This document shows, in pieces, positions 30,978 to 41,754 of a DNA stretch of 64,000 nucleotides. The notes beneath the pieces are model-generated. The model was given only the letters and a program-made list of their open reading frames with translations. It did not search any database and had not been told where the DNA came from. The position numbers were made by a program, and so were the translations under genes. The first letter of the stretch is position 1. Each line of letters opens with the position of its first letter. Source of the DNA: Pirellulales bacterium (GTDB lineage: Bacteria > Planctomycetota > Planctomycetia > Pirellulales > UBA1268); contig JBIIDT010000005.1 in the NCBI GenBank assembly GCA_044238145.1, forward strand, positions 4,938 to 68,937, read 5' to 3'.

Positions 30978-31355
30978 CTAGACCCGTCGCTTCTTCGGGG
31001 GCCGGCAGCCGTTGTGGGGCAGCGGGGTGATGTCCTCGATGCTCTTGACGTTCATGCCGGCCGCCTGGAGGGCGGTGATCGCGCTCTCGCGGCCGCTGCC
31101 GGGGCCCTTCACCCGGACCTCGAGGTCCTTGACCCCGAACTTCGCGGCCTTCTCGGCGGCCTGCTGGGCGGCGCACTGGCCCGCGAAGGGCGTGCCCTTG
31201 CGACTCCCCTTGAAGCCGCACGTGCCGCCGCTGGCCCAGCACAGGGTGTCCCCCCGCGTGTCGGTGATCGTCACCGTGGTGTTGTTGAAGCTGGCGTGAA
31301 TGAAGGCGATGCCCGCCGTCACCGTCTTCTTCTTGGTCTTCGCTACCTTCGACAT
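30978..31355 (-). CDS. rpsK: 30S ribosomal protein S11
   Basis: [31 protein letters not shown] and [18 protein letters not shown]. Confidence 0.95.
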   Translation of the reverse strand: MSKVAKTKKKTVTAGIAFIHASFNNTTVTITDTRGDTLCWASGGTCGFKGSRKGTPFAGQCAAQQAAEKAAKFGVKDLEVRVKGPGSGRESAITALQAAGMNVKSIEDITPLPHNGCRPPKKRRV

Positions 31356-31410
31356 GATCTCGTTCCGAGTGGCTCCCGTTCTCGCGCCGGCACCGCGGCC
31401 GGCAGGCCCG

Positions 31411-31794
31411 TTACTTGAGGTCCTTCACGCCCTTCTTGCCGGCGACGGTCTTCTTCGGCCCCTTGCGGGTGCGGGCGTTGGTCCGCGTCCGCTGGCCGCG
31501 AACCGGAAGCCCGCGGCGGTGCCGCAGCCCCCGGTAACTGCCGATGTCCTTCAGCCGCGAGATGTTCTGGGCGACCTGCCGCCGCAGCTGCCCCTCGACG
31601 GTGTAGTCCTTGTCGAGCAGCGCCGCGAGCCGGGCCAGTTCGTCCTCGTGCAGGTCGCGGGCCTTGCCGCGGGGATCGACGCCCGCCTTGTGGCACAGCT
31701 CACGGGCGACCCGCGCCCCGACGCCGTACAGGTACTGCAGCGAGAAGACGGTCTGCTTCTCGGAGGGGATGTCGACGCCCATCAAACGCGGCAT
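31411..31794 (-). CDS. rpsM: 30S ribosomal protein S13
   Basis: Internal ATG 31794 gives [26 protein letters not shown]...[27 protein letters not shown]. Confidence 0.95.
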   Translation of the reverse strand: MPRLMGVDIPSEKQTVFSLQYLYGVGARVARELCHKAGVDPRGKARDLHEDELARLAALLDKDYTVEGQLRRQVAQNISRLKDIGSYRGLRHRRGLPVRGQRTRTNARTRKGPKKTVAGKKGVKDLK

Positions 31795-31936
31795 GGCTGT
31801 TTTCTCTCTGACCGAAACGGACGATCGTGCTGCGGTGCCATCTCGAACCGGGCCGGACCGCCGACCCGACACGGGCCGACATCGGCTCCGCGACCCGCGG
31901 CGGGCACCTGCCGCCTCGGACCGCCCTCGCCCCTCG

Positions 31937-32050
31937 TCACCCCTGCCGTTGCTTGTGACGGGGATCCGCACAGACCACGAAGACGACGCCGCGGCGCCTG
32001 ACGATCTTGCACTTTTCGCACATCCGGCGAACGCTGGCGCGAACCTTCAT
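31937..32050 (-). CDS. rpmJ: 50S ribosomal protein L36 (zinc-binding form)
   Basis: Below the ORF-track size cut-off. Hand translation gives [37 protein letters not shown]. Confidence 0.9.
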   Translation of the reverse strand: MKVRASVRRMCEKCKIVRRRGVVFVVCADPRHKQRQG

Positions 32051-32118
32051 GGCGGACAAGCTCGTGGCGACAGACGGCCACGCCTTCATGGAAACGGGGG
32101 GAAACGGGCGAGCCACAA

Positions 32119-32147
32119 ACTATAAGATGCTCGCGGACCGGTCACAA
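32119..32147 (-). promoter_or_regulatory. candidate internal promoter of the alpha operon (upstream of rpmJ)
   Basis: Minus strand reads TTGTGA-N17-TATAGT, about 70 nt upstream of the rpmJ ATG, in the 167-nt map-rpmJ spacer. Confidence 0.5.
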
Positions 32148-32217
32148 GGGGGTGCCCGCGGTGCGGCAGGGCGGCTCGATTCGGCGGTTCCACCCCGTGA
32201 ATCCCGGCCGGGCCGCG

Positions 32218-33027
32218 TCAGGCGGCGGAACCGGCTGCGCCCACGGTTTCCCCGGCTGCCGGAGGGGCGGTGAGCACGACCGGCCCCCCCTCGGTGATCG
32301 CCACCGTGTGCTCGAAGTGGGCGCTCGGCATGCCGTCCACCGTCGATTGCGTCCAGTGGTCGGGCAGGGCCCGCACCTTCTTCGTGCCCATGTTGACCAT
32401 CGGCTCGATGGCGATGACCAGCCCGGGCTCGATCTCGAAGTCGTGGTTCTTGCGAAAGGCCGGAGTGCAGAAATTGGGCACCTGTGGGTCTTCGTGCATG
32501 CTCCGGCCGATGCCGTGACCGACGAAGTTCTCCACCACCGAAAAGCCGTGGTCGCGGACGAACTTCGCCATCTCGGCGGCGACGTCGCTCCACCTGTTGC
32601 GGGTCTCGAGGAGCTTGATCGCCAGGGCGAGCACGCCGGAGGTGCAGTCGAGCAGTCGCTGCACCTCCGGCGTCACCGCACCGACCGGGTGCGTGATCGC
32701 CGAATCCCCGCACCAACCGCCCACGCTGCAGCCGGTGTCGATGCTGATCACGTCCCCGGCCCGCAGCACGCGCGGGCCCGGGATGCCGTGGACCACCTCG
32801 TCGTTCACCGAGATGCAGCAGCAGGCCGGGAAGGGCACCTTGCCCGGCACGCCCTTGAACAGCGGCACGGCGCCGTGGCCCGTGAAGAACTGCTCGACGG
32901 CCGCGTCGATCTGCCCCGTGGTCACGCCCGGCTTGACCATCGAGGCGGCGAGCTGGTGCGCGCCCCAGACGACGAGGCCGGCGCGGCGCATGAGGGCGAT
33001 CTCACGGGGGGAACGCAGGGTGACCAC
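32218..33027 (-). CDS. map: type I methionine aminopeptidase
   Basis: [39 protein letters not shown] and HFEHTVAIT metal-ligand blocks. Confidence 0.93.
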   Translation of the reverse strand: MVTLRSPREIALMRRAGLVVWGAHQLAASMVKPGVTTGQIDAAVEQFFTGHGAVPLFKGVPGKVPFPACCCISVNDEVVHGIPGPRVLRAGDVISIDTGCSVGGWCGDSAITHPVGAVTPEVQRLLDCTSGVLALAIKLLETRNRWSDVAAEMAKFVRDHGFSVVENFVGHGIGRSMHEDPQVPNFCTPAFRKNHDFEIEPGLVIAIEPMVNMGTKKVRALPDHWTQSTVDGMPSAHFEHTVAITEGGPVVLTAPPAAGETVGAAGSAA

Positions 33028-33102
33028 TTCGATCTCGCGCGGAACGGAAAGGGATGTCGTTGAGGATTATACCGGTGGGGTGGCACGCTGCACGGCGCCG
33101 CG

Positions 33103-33678
33103 TCACCGGCGGCGGGCGTGGCGGGCGAACTCGGCCACCGCCGCCTGGACGCGGGCGAAGATCTCGTCGGCCGTGCCCAGGCCGTCGATGCTGGCGAGCT
33201 TGCCCTGGCGTGCGTAGTAGTCGAGCAGCGGAGCCGTCTGGACCTCGAAGCTGGCGATCCGCTTGGCGAACACCTCCGGGTCGTCGTCCTCCCGCCGGCG
33301 GGCCAGCATTCGCCTCACCAGCTCGTCCCGGGGCACGGCCAGCTCGATGACCCCGTCGACGCTCATCGCCCGCCGCTCGAGCAGCTCGTCGAGCGTGGCG
33401 GCCTGCGGCAGCGTGCGCGGGAAGCCGTCGAGCAGGCAGCCGTCCCGGCAGTCGGCCGCCTCGAGCCGGCGGCTCACCAGGCCGACGATCAGCGGGTCCG
33501 GGACCAGCTGCCCCTGCGCCATGTACCGGGCCGCCTGCACGCCCTCCGGCGTGCCGGCCCGCACGGCCGTGCGGAGCATCTCGCCGGTGGACAGGTGGGG
33601 CACGCGGAGCAGTTCCACGAGCCGCTGGCACTGCGTCCCCTTCCCGGCCCCCGGTGGTCCGATGAGGATGATCCGCAT
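33103..33678 (-). CDS. adk: adenylate kinase (short-LID type)
   Basis: Internal ATG gives MRIILIGPPGAGKGTQ, LSTGEMLR and LLDGFPRT. The LID segment is short with no Cys4. 191 aa. Confidence 0.92.
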   Translation of the reverse strand: MRIILIGPPGAGKGTQCQRLVELLRVPHLSTGEMLRTAVRAGTPEGVQAARYMAQGQLVPDPLIVGLVSRRLEAADCRDGCLLDGFPRTLPQAATLDELLERRAMSVDGVIELAVPRDELVRRMLARRREDDDPEVFAKRIASFEVQTAPLLDYYARQGKLASIDGLGTADEIFARVQAAVAEFARHARRR

Positions 33679-33741
33679 GGAGTGTCCGCGGGCATGCATT
33701 GAGGGGATGCGCGCGGGCCTTCCGGGCGGCGCGACTGCGGA

Positions 33742-35103
<1,362 letters not shown>

Positions 35104-35162
35104 GGGAGGGGCTCCTGAAGCGACTCGGACGCGGCGGGCCGGCTGGCCGTCGGCCGCATACC

Positions 35163-35669
35163 CTACCCGCCGGCCGGCTTTTTCCGCGACGCCTTTTTCA
35201 CCTTCCGGACCACCGGGGCCGGGCCGGGCAGTTCGGTGACGGTGCCCCCGGCCGCCGTGATCTTCTCACGGGCCTGGGCGCTGAAGTGATGCGCCGACAC
35301 CCTGAGGGCGTGCTTCAGCTCCCCGTTGCCGAGGATCTTGATCTCGTCCCAGACGCCCTTGGCGAGGCCGGCGGCCCGCAGCGACTGCGGCGTCACCTCG
35401 CCGCCGGCGGCGAACGCCTCCTGCAGGGCACCCACGTTGACGGCCTTCACGGTCCGACCGTAGGCGTTGTGGAAACCCCGCTTGGGAATGCGGCGGATGA
35501 GGGGCGTGCCGCCCCCCTCGAAGATGCCGGCGGCGGCCCAGCCAGCGAGCTGGCCCTGGCCCTTGTTGCCCCGGCCCGCCGTGCGACCGCGGCCCGAGCC
35601 GGGTCCGCGGCCGACCCGCAGCCGCCGGGTGTTCTTGTGGATGCCCTTGTTGACGTCGTTGAGCTTCAT
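35163..35669 (-). CDS. rplO: 50S ribosomal protein L15
   Basis: RVGRGPGSGRGRTAGRGNKGQ and PLIRRIPKRGF. Confidence 0.93.
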   Translation of the reverse strand: MKLNDVNKGIHKNTRRLRVGRGPGSGRGRTAGRGNKGQGQLAGWAAAGIFEGGGTPLIRRIPKRGFHNAYGRTVKAVNVGALQEAFAAGGEVTPQSLRAAGLAKGVWDEIKILGNGELKHALRVSAHHFSAQAREKITAAGGTVTELPGPAPVVRKVKKASRKKPAGG

Positions 35670-35688
35670 GGTTCGTTTCGGGTTGGTT

Positions 35689-36180
35689 TCAGGAGAGCGT
35701 CACGCCCCGCAGCCGCTCGACGTCGGCCCGGGTTCGCAACTGCTTGAGGGCCTCGAGCGCCGCCTTGACGAGGTTCACCGGGTTGGTGGAGCCGTGCGCC
35801 TTGGAGAGCACGTCGCGAATGCCGGCCGACTCGCAGACCGCCCGCACCGCGGCCCCGGCGATGATGCCGGTGCCCGGGCTGGCCGGCAGGAGAACGACCT
35901 TGGCGGTCTCGTAGCGGCCCTCGACGCGATGCGGGATGGTGCCCGACTCGACCGGCACCTCGATGAGGTTCTTCATGCCGTCCTTGATCGCCTTCTCGAC
36001 GGCCGGCGGCACCTCGTTCGCCTTGGCATAGCCGCAGCCCACCTTGCCGCGGCCGTTGCCGACCACGACGAGGCCCGCGAAACTGAACCGCCGGCCGCCC
36101 TTGACGACGGTCGCGCACCGCCGCACCTTCACGACCTTCTCCACGAATTCGCCGGTGCGTGTTTCCTTGCCAGTCGACAC
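35689..36180 (-). CDS. rpsE: 30S ribosomal protein S5
   Basis: VVKVRRCATVVKGGRRFSFAGLVVVGNGRGKVGCGYAKANEVP. Only 19 nt separate it from rplO, so there is no rpmD. Confidence 0.95.
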   Translation of the reverse strand: MSTGKETRTGEFVEKVVKVRRCATVVKGGRRFSFAGLVVVGNGRGKVGCGYAKANEVPPAVEKAIKDGMKNLIEVPVESGTIPHRVEGRYETAKVVLLPASPGTGIIAGAAVRAVCESAGIRDVLSKAHGSTNPVNLVKAALEALKQLRTRADVERLRGVTLS

Positions 36181-36201
36181 GGGTCATGCCTCCAAAACGG
36201 T

Positions 36202-36570
36202 TCAGAACTCGAGCCCGGCGGCCCGCGCCGCGTCGGCGAGGGCGGCCACGCGGCCGTGATAGCGAAACTCGCCACGGTCGAAGCAGACCTGCGTGACGCC
36301 CGCCGCGCGGGCCCGCTCCGCCACCGCCCGGCCGATCGCCTCGGCGGCCTGCTTGTTGCCACCGAAGCCGATGTCCGAACGCAGCTGCTTGTCCATGGAA
36401 CTCGCCGATGCCAGCGTGCGGCCCGAGGCGTCGTCGATCACCTGGGCGTAGATGTGCTTGTGGGTGCGGAACACCGACAGCCGCGGCCGGCCGGCCGTGC
36501 CCTTGATGTGCCGGCGCACCCGGTGCCGCCGCCGCAGCCGCTGCCGGAGAATCGCTCGCGAATGATCCAT
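36202..36570 (-). CDS. rplR: 50S ribosomal protein L18
   Basis: [20 protein letters not shown] and [26 protein letters not shown]. Confidence 0.95.
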   Translation of the reverse strand: MDHSRAILRQRLRRRHRVRRHIKGTAGRPRLSVFRTHKHIYAQVIDDASGRTLASASSMDKQLRSDIGFGGNKQAAEAIGRAVAERARAAGVTQVCFDRGEFRYHGRVAALADAARAAGLEF

Positions 36571-36587
36571 GATTGAGTCCCTGCCTG

Positions 36588-37127
36588 TTACTTCGTGACG
36601 GCCTTGCCGGCCTTGCGACGCACCTGCTCGTTCTCGTAACGGATGCCCTTGCCCTTGTAGGGCTCCGGCTTCCGCAGCGCCCGCACCTCGGCCGCGAACT
36701 GCCCCACGAGCTGCTTGTCGATGCCCTTGACGTGGACGTGCGTCTGGTCCGGGCAGGTGACCGTGAGGCCCGCCGGGATCGGCACCTGCAGTTCGTTGGC
36801 GAAGCCGACGCGGAGTTGCAGCACGTTCTTCTGGATCGCAGCCAGGTAGCCGACGCCCACGATCTCCAGCTTCTTCTCGTATCCCTTGGAGACGCCCTCG
36901 ACCATGTTGGCCGCCAGGGCCCGCGTCAGACCGTGCACGGCGCGGGCCGTGCGGTTGTCACTCGACCGGACGACCCGGATCTGGGCGGCGTCGACCTCCA
37001 CGGTCACCGCCGGATGCAGGGACTGCTCGAGCTTGCCGAGCGGTCCCTCCACCTTGAGGCGGCCGCCTTCGACGGCCGCCTTCACGCCCTTGGGGATCGA
37101 AACTGGTGATTTGCCGATACGCGACAT
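36588..37127 (-). CDS. rplF: 50S ribosomal protein L6
   Basis: [15 protein letters not shown]...GVGY...[14 protein letters not shown]. Confidence 0.95.
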   Translation of the reverse strand: MSRIGKSPVSIPKGVKAAVEGGRLKVEGPLGKLEQSLHPAVTVEVDAAQIRVVRSSDNRTARAVHGLTRALAANMVEGVSKGYEKKLEIVGVGYLAAIQKNVLQLRVGFANELQVPIPAGLTVTCPDQTHVHVKGIDKQLVGQFAAEVRALRKPEPYKGKGIRYENEQVRRKAGKAVTK

Positions 37128-37160
37128 GGCTCGCTGCCCTTCAGCCGGTGACGATTCCGA

Positions 37161-37556
37161 TTACCACAACTCGCACAGCACTTCGCCGCCCAGCTTCCGC
37201 TGCCGGGCCTCGCGGTCGCTGACGACACCGCTCGACGTGGAGAGGATCGAGATCCCCAGGCCGCCGAGCACCGGCCGCAGCCGGACCGACCGGCTGTAGA
37301 CCCGCCGTCCCGGCGAGCTGACCCGCCGGATGTTGCGGATGAGCCGCTCGCCGTTGGGTCCGTACTTGAGGTCGAGCTGCAACTGCGGCACCGGGGCGGC
37401 TTCCACCTCCCGCCAGTCCCAGATGTAGCCCTCCCGCTTGAGCACTTCCGCCAGTCCACGCTTCACCTTGGAACTCGGCACCTCCACGGTGGCGCGTTCG
37501 ACGCGCACCGCGTTGCGGATGCGGGTGAGCATGTCGGCGATGGGGTCGGTCATCAT
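37161..37556 (-). CDS. rpsH: 30S ribosomal protein S8
   Basis: MMTDPIADMLTRIRNA...GGEVLCELW. Confidence 0.95.
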   Translation of the reverse strand: MMTDPIADMLTRIRNAVRVERATVEVPSSKVKRGLAEVLKREGYIWDWREVEAAPVPQLQLDLKYGPNGERLIRNIRRVSSPGRRVYSRSVRLRPVLGGLGISILSTSSGVVSDREARQRKLGGEVLCELW

Positions 37557-37601
37557 GTCTGGAGAACCCTCTCGTGATTTCCCGTTTCGTCGGATCCCGT
37601 C

Positions 37602-37787
37602 CTACCAGCTGGCCTTCTTCACGCCGGGGATGCAGCCCTGGTCGGCAAGCTTCCGAAAACAGATGCGGCAGGTGCCGAACTTGCGATACACGGCCCGCGG
37701 CCGGCCACACAACATGCACCGCCGCACGGCCCGCGTGGAGAACTTCGGGGTCTTCTTCGCGGCGGCGATCTTCGATTTGCTTGCCAT
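37602..37787 (-). CDS. rpsZ: 30S ribosomal protein S14 type Z (zinc-binding)
   Basis: 61 aa with [23 protein letters not shown] (CxxC..CxxC). Confidence 0.93.
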   Translation of the reverse strand: MASKSKIAAAKKTPKFSTRAVRRCMLCGRPRAVYRKFGTCRICFRKLADQGCIPGVKKASW

Positions 37788-37853
37788 GGATGATCCAGTC
37801 AGCCTGTTCGTTCTGCCCAGCGGGCCGGTGCCGGCGGCCCCGGTCCCGTGCCG

Positions 37854-38465
37854 CTACGCCGCGGCGTCTCCGTCTCCGTCCTTCTTCAACGGCAGCCCCA
37901 TCGCGCGGAGGAACTGCCGGGCCTCGTCGTCCGAGCGGGCCGACGTGACCAGCGTGATGTGCATGCCCTGCGGCCGCGTGAACTTGTCCGGGTTGATCTC
38001 CGGGAACACCATCTGCTCCGACAGGCCGAGGCTGTAGTTGCCGTGGCCGTCGAACGCAGTACTCGACAGGCCGCGGAAGTCGCGGACCCGCGGCAGTGCG
38101 ACCGACACGAGGCGGTCGAGGAACTCGTACATCCGCCGGCCGCGGAGCGTCACCTTGCAGCCGATCGGCAGATTCTCCCGGAGCTTGAAGCCCGAGACGG
38201 CCGCCTTGGACAGCGTGGCGACCGGCTTCTGCCCGGTGATCTGGGCCATGGCGCCGATCGCCTCCTCGAGGTACTTCTTCTCGGTGACCGCCACGCCCAC
38301 GCCCATGTTGACCACGATCTTCTCCAGCCGCGGGATCGCGTGCGGGTTGTCGCGGCCGAGATCCTTGCCGAGCTGCGGCCGGACCGTGTCGTGGTAATGC
38401 GCCAGCATCCGCGGCACCCCTGCCGGGGCCGCTTCCGCGGCGGCTGCCTTCGTCTTCTTCGCCAT
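37854..38465 (-). CDS. rplE: 50S ribosomal protein L5
   Basis: Internal ATG 38465. PRLEKIVVNMGVG, FRGL....FDGHGNYSLG and EQMVFPEI. Confidence 0.93.
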   Translation of the reverse strand: MAKKTKAAAAEAAPAGVPRMLAHYHDTVRPQLGKDLGRDNPHAIPRLEKIVVNMGVGVAVTEKKYLEEAIGAMAQITGQKPVATLSKAAVSGFKLRENLPIGCKVTLRGRRMYEFLDRLVSVALPRVRDFRGLSSTAFDGHGNYSLGLSEQMVFPEINPDKFTRPQGMHITLVTSARSDDEARQFLRAMGLPLKKDGDGDAAA

Positions 38466-38518
38466 CGCTCCGATCCTCAGATGTCTCGATTCGTGTTCCC
38501 GGTCGTCATCCCGCGGAC

Positions 38519-38872
38519 TCAGCCCTTCGCCGCCGCCCGCGGCCGCCGCAGCGTGCCCTGCTCCGCACCGCAGCCGCGGCAGAACCGCACCTTGCCGCCG
38601 TTCGCGTCGACCCTGGCGCCGAGCCGCACCGCCTTGCCGCACGCGCCGCAGACGAGCAGCACGTTCGACGCGTTGATCGGCATCTCCTTGCTCAGTCGGC
38701 CGCCCTGCGGATTCTTCTGACTGCGGCGGATGTGCCGGTAGACGCGGTTCACGCCCTCCACGACCAGCCGCGAGCCGCCGTCCTTGCCCGGCTTGACCGA
38801 GAGGACCTTGGCACGAGTGCCCTTCGCGTTTCCGGTGCGGACCTCCACGAGGTCGCCAGCCTTGATCAACAT
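38519..38872 (-). CDS. rplX: 50S ribosomal protein L24 with C-terminal CxxC..CxxC segment
   Basis: Internal ATG 38872 gives [26 protein letters not shown] (KOW motif), with GGRLSKEMPINASNV, then CGACGK-x19-CRGCG. Confidence 0.9.
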   Translation of the reverse strand: MLIKAGDLVEVRTGNAKGTRAKVLSVKPGKDGGSRLVVEGVNRVYRHIRRSQKNPQGGRLSKEMPINASNVLLVCGACGKAVRLGARVDANGGKVRFCRGCGAEQGTLRRPRAAAKG

Positions 38873-39240
38873 CACACCACCTCGCTCGCCAGACTGACGA
38901 TCTTCATGAAGTTCCGCTCGCGGAGTTCGCGGGCCACGGCACCGAAGATCCGGGTGCCCTTCGGGTTCTTGTCGTTGTCGATGATCACGCAGGCGTTCGT
39001 GTCGAACCGCACGTAGCTGCCGTCCTCGCGGCGGGAGGGCTGCTTGCACCGCACGATGACCGCCTTCACGACCGCCTTCTTCTTCACGTCGCTGCCCGGG
39101 ATCACGCTCTTCACGCTGCACACGATGATGTCCCCGAGGCCGGCGGTCCGCTTGCGGCTCCCGCCCAGCACCTTGAAGCACATCACTTCCTTGGCACCCG
39201 TGTTGTCCGCGACGACCAGCCGCGTCTGCATCTGGATCAT
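38872..39240 (-). CDS. rplN: 50S ribosomal protein L14
   Basis: Internal ATG gives [27 protein letters not shown]...[22 protein letters not shown]. Confidence 0.95.
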   Translation of the reverse strand: MIQMQTRLVVADNTGAKEVMCFKVLGGSRKRTAGLGDIIVCSVKSVIPGSDVKKKAVVKAVIVRCKQPSRREDGSYVRFDTNACVIIDNDKNPKGTRIFGAVARELRERNFMKIVSLASEVV

Positions 39241-39599
39241 GACGACTTCCCTTCCGACTTCTCGATGCCGGCCGCGGCGGCCTCCTCGGCACGGGCCGCG
39301 GTCTCGCGGAGCGAGGTCGCCCGGGCACCGCTCCGCAGCGACGCCAGGTCGACCGTCGTGCTCTTGGCGACCACGCGGACCAACTCCCACCGCTTCAGCC
39401 GGCTGCGGGGCCGGCACTCGACGATCTCCACGAGATCACCGATCTGCGACTCCTCCGCCTCGTCGTGGACGTGGCAGATCGTCCGCCGGTGCTGGATGCG
39501 GCCGTACTTGGCGTGCCGCACGACCCGCGGGATCTCCACCCGCCGAGTCTTGCTGGCGGCGGCGCTGGTCACCGTTCCCGTCTCAACGCGCTTGGGCAT
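39237..39599 (-). CDS. rpsQ: 30S ribosomal protein S17 (C-terminal extension)
   Basis: [28 protein letters not shown]...HVHDE....[14 protein letters not shown]. 120 aa. ATGA overlap with rplN. Confidence 0.92.
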   Translation of the reverse strand: MPKRVETGTVTSAAASKTRRVEIPRVVRHAKYGRIQHRRTICHVHDEAEESQIGDLVEIVECRPRSRLKRWELVRVVAKSTTVDLASLRSGARATSLRETAARAEEAAAAGIEKSEGKSS

Positions 39600-39614
39600 C
39601 TGGTCTGGTCCTCG

Positions 39615-39971
39615 TTACGTGCCGCTTTGGGTTCGCTTGCGGAACGTCCGCCGGGAGGCCACGCCCCCCTTGCCGGGCGTCCGGATCTTCGCGCGGCCGC
39701 TGGCCCGGCGGCGCTTGGCGTGCTTCTCGTGCTGGGGCGACTCCTCACCCCCGGTCCCGGCGGCCGCGCCGGTGGCCAGCGGCACGCCCCGCTGGGTGAG
39801 GATCGTCTGGCAGCGGGCGATCGTGCGCCGCTGCTTCCGCACCTCCGACGGCGACGCCAGCTTCTCCGTCTGCGCCTGGAGCCGCAGCCGGAAGAGCGTC
39901 TCGGCCGCGTCCTTCCAGACGAGCCGGATCTGCTCGTCGGCCATGTCCCTGAGTTCTTTCGCCTTCGTCAT
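39615..39971 (-). CDS. rpmC: 50S ribosomal protein L29 (long basic C-terminal extension)
   Basis: MTKAKELRDMADEQIRLVWKDAAETLFRLRLQ followed by about 55 extra residues rich in G/K/R. The ORF-track start at 39980 is an alternative. Confidence 0.88.
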   Translation of the reverse strand: MTKAKELRDMADEQIRLVWKDAAETLFRLRLQAQTEKLASPSEVRKQRRTIARCQTILTQRGVPLATGAAAGTGGEESPQHEKHAKRRRASGRAKIRTPGKGGVASRRTFRKRTQSGT

Positions 39972-40008
39972 CGCATGCACCCGTCGTTCTGTCTTCCGGT
40001 CGCTTCCG

Positions 40009-40431
40009 TCACATCGCCCGCCGCTTCACGAACCGCACCCGCAACGGCATCTTGTGGGCGAGCCGGGCCATGCAGACCCGGGCCGCCTCCTCCGTCACGC
40101 CGCCGATCTCGTAGAGGATCGCGCCGGGCTTGATGACCGCGGCCCAATACTCCGGCTCGCCCTTGCCCTTGCCCATGCGGGTCTCGAGCGGGATCGACGT
40201 GATCGACTTGTGGGGGAACACGCGCACGTACAGCCGTCCCTCCGTGCGGAGGTACTGCTGGGCCGCGATGCGGCCGGCCTCGATCGTCGCCGCGGCGAGC
40301 CATCCCGGCTGCTCGGCCTGGAGGCCGAAGTCGCCGAAGACGACGCGATTCCCGCGGGAGGCGTCACCTCTTATACGACCTCTTTGGCTTTTTCGGTGCT
40401 TGACCCTCTTGGGCATCAGCGCCATCGCCAT
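40009..40431 (-). CDS. rplP: 50S ribosomal protein L16
   Basis: MPKRVKHRKSQRGRIRG...RMGKGKGEPEYWAAVIKPG. Candidate starts are at 40431, 40425 and 40416, all inside the rpsC 3' end. Confidence 0.92.
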   Translation of the reverse strand: MAMALMPKRVKHRKSQRGRIRGDASRGNRVVFGDFGLQAEQPGWLAAATIEAGRIAAQQYLRTEGRLYVRVFPHKSITSIPLETRMGKGKGEPEYWAAVIKPGAILYEIGGVTEEAARVCMARLAHKMPLRVRFVKRRAM

Positions 40432-41059
40432 CCTCCTCGTACATGCCTTGGTTCACCCACACCTGGATCCCGATGTTGCCCTGCGCCGTGGGAGCCTCGC
40501 AGAACCCGTAGTCGATCTTCGCCCGCAGCGTGGAGAGCGGCATCGAGCCGGCGATCGCCTTCTCGCACCGCGACATCTCCGCGCCGCCGAGCCGGCCCGC
40601 CAGCTGGATCTTCACGCCCTTGGCGCCCGCGTCCATCGTCGTGTCGATGGCCCGCTTGAGCGTGCGGCGGAAGGCCGCCCGCTTGGAGAGCTGGTCGGCG
40701 ATGTCCTCGGCGATGAGCTGGGCCTGAATCTCGGGACGACCGACCTCCTCGACCTTGAGGTTCACACGGCGGCCCAGCAACTCCTGGAGTTCGGCCTGGA
40801 GCCGATCGACGTCCTGCCCCTTGCGGCCGATGATCACGCCCGGACGGGCCGAGTGCAGGATGACCTTCACCTCGTCGCGCGTCCGCTCGATCTCGATCTT
40901 GGAAATCGCCGCCGCCCGATACTTCGTCTTCACGAACTTCCGCACCTTCACGTCTTCCATGAGGAGGTCGCGGAACTCCTTCTTGGAGGCGTACCAGCGG
41001 CTCTTCCACGGCTCGGTGATGCCGGTGCGGAAGCCAGTGGGATGTACTTTTTGGCCCAT
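40364..41059 (-). CDS. rpsC: 30S ribosomal protein S3
   Basis: MGQKVHPTGFRTGI, KH domain, GAEMSR....GS.PL.TLRA.IDYG. The tail ...EGQAPKKPKRSYKR* is read in another frame over the rplP start. Confidence 0.95.
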   Translation of the reverse strand: MGQKVHPTGFRTGITEPWKSRWYASKKEFRDLLMEDVKVRKFVKTKYRAAAISKIEIERTRDEVKVILHSARPGVIIGRKGQDVDRLQAELQELLGRRVNLKVEEVGRPEIQAQLIAEDIADQLSKRAAFRRTLKRAIDTTMDAGAKGVKIQLAGRLGGAEMSRCEKAIAGSMPLSTLRAKIDYGFCEAPTAQGNIGIQVWVNQGMYEEDGDGADAQEGQAPKKPKRSYKR

Positions 41060-41068
41060 GTTCGTTCC

Positions 41069-41419
41069 TCACTCCGTCTCCGCGGCGGCAACCGCGTCGA
41101 GCGCCACCTTGATGTGCGACATCCGCCGCTTGATCCCGAACGCCATGCCGCGAGCCCGGGGCCGGATCCGCTTGAACATCGGCCCCTCGTCGACGCGGGC
41201 GTCGACGACGACCAGATCGTCCACGCCGGCCGCCTGGCGGTGCTCGGCGTTGCCAAGGGCGCTCTTGATCACCTTTTCGAGCATCCGCGCGCCGCGGTGC
41301 GGCTGGTAGCGGAGGATGTCGAGGGCCTCGTCGGCGAACTTGCCGCGGACGAGGTCGGCCAGCGCCCGCACCTTGCGGGCGCTGATTCGTGCGTACTTGT
41401 GGGTTGCCGTGTAGGCCAT
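41069..41419 (-). CDS. rplV: 50S ribosomal protein L22
   Basis: ARISARKVRALADLVRG, ML.KVIKSALGNAE and RARGMAFGIKRRMSHI. Confidence 0.95.
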   Translation of the reverse strand: MAYTATHKYARISARKVRALADLVRGKFADEALDILRYQPHRGARMLEKVIKSALGNAEHRQAAGVDDLVVVDARVDEGPMFKRIRPRARGMAFGIKRRMSHIKVALDAVAAAETE

Positions 41420-41454
41420 GGATCACCTTCGCTCGACTGCGGCCGGGGAGCCGC

Positions 41455-41751
41455 TCACTTCGCCGGGGCGGGAGTGGCCGCCGCTTCCTTCACCTTGCCG
41501 CCGTGGCCGCGGAACGTCCGCGTGGGGGCGAACTCGCCGAGCTTGTGCCCGACCATGTCCTCGGTCACGAACACCTTCAGGTGCTGCTTGCCGTTGTGGA
41601 CCATGAACGTCAGGCCGATGAACTCGGGCACGATCGTGCACGACCGCGACCACGTCTTGATCGGGTCCCGCCGGCCGCTGGACAGCTGGGCCTCGACCTT
41701 CTCGAAGACCCGGGGGTCGATGTACGGACCTTTTTTCGCGCTGCGTCCCAT
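41455..41751 (-). CDS. rpsS: 30S ribosomal protein S19
   Basis: [14 protein letters not shown]...[33 protein letters not shown]. Confidence 0.95.
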   Translation of the reverse strand: MGRSAKKGPYIDPRVFEKVEAQLSSGRRDPIKTWSRSCTIVPEFIGLTFMVHNGKQHLKVFVTEDMVGHKLGEFAPTRTFRGHGGKVKEAAATPAPAK

Positions 41752-41754
41752 GGA

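Noticed and set aside
32051-32217. Hidden infA between map and rpmJ
   Set aside because: The 167-nt spacer is too short for the ~72-codon IF-1 gene. No frame in it gives IF-1-like sequence.
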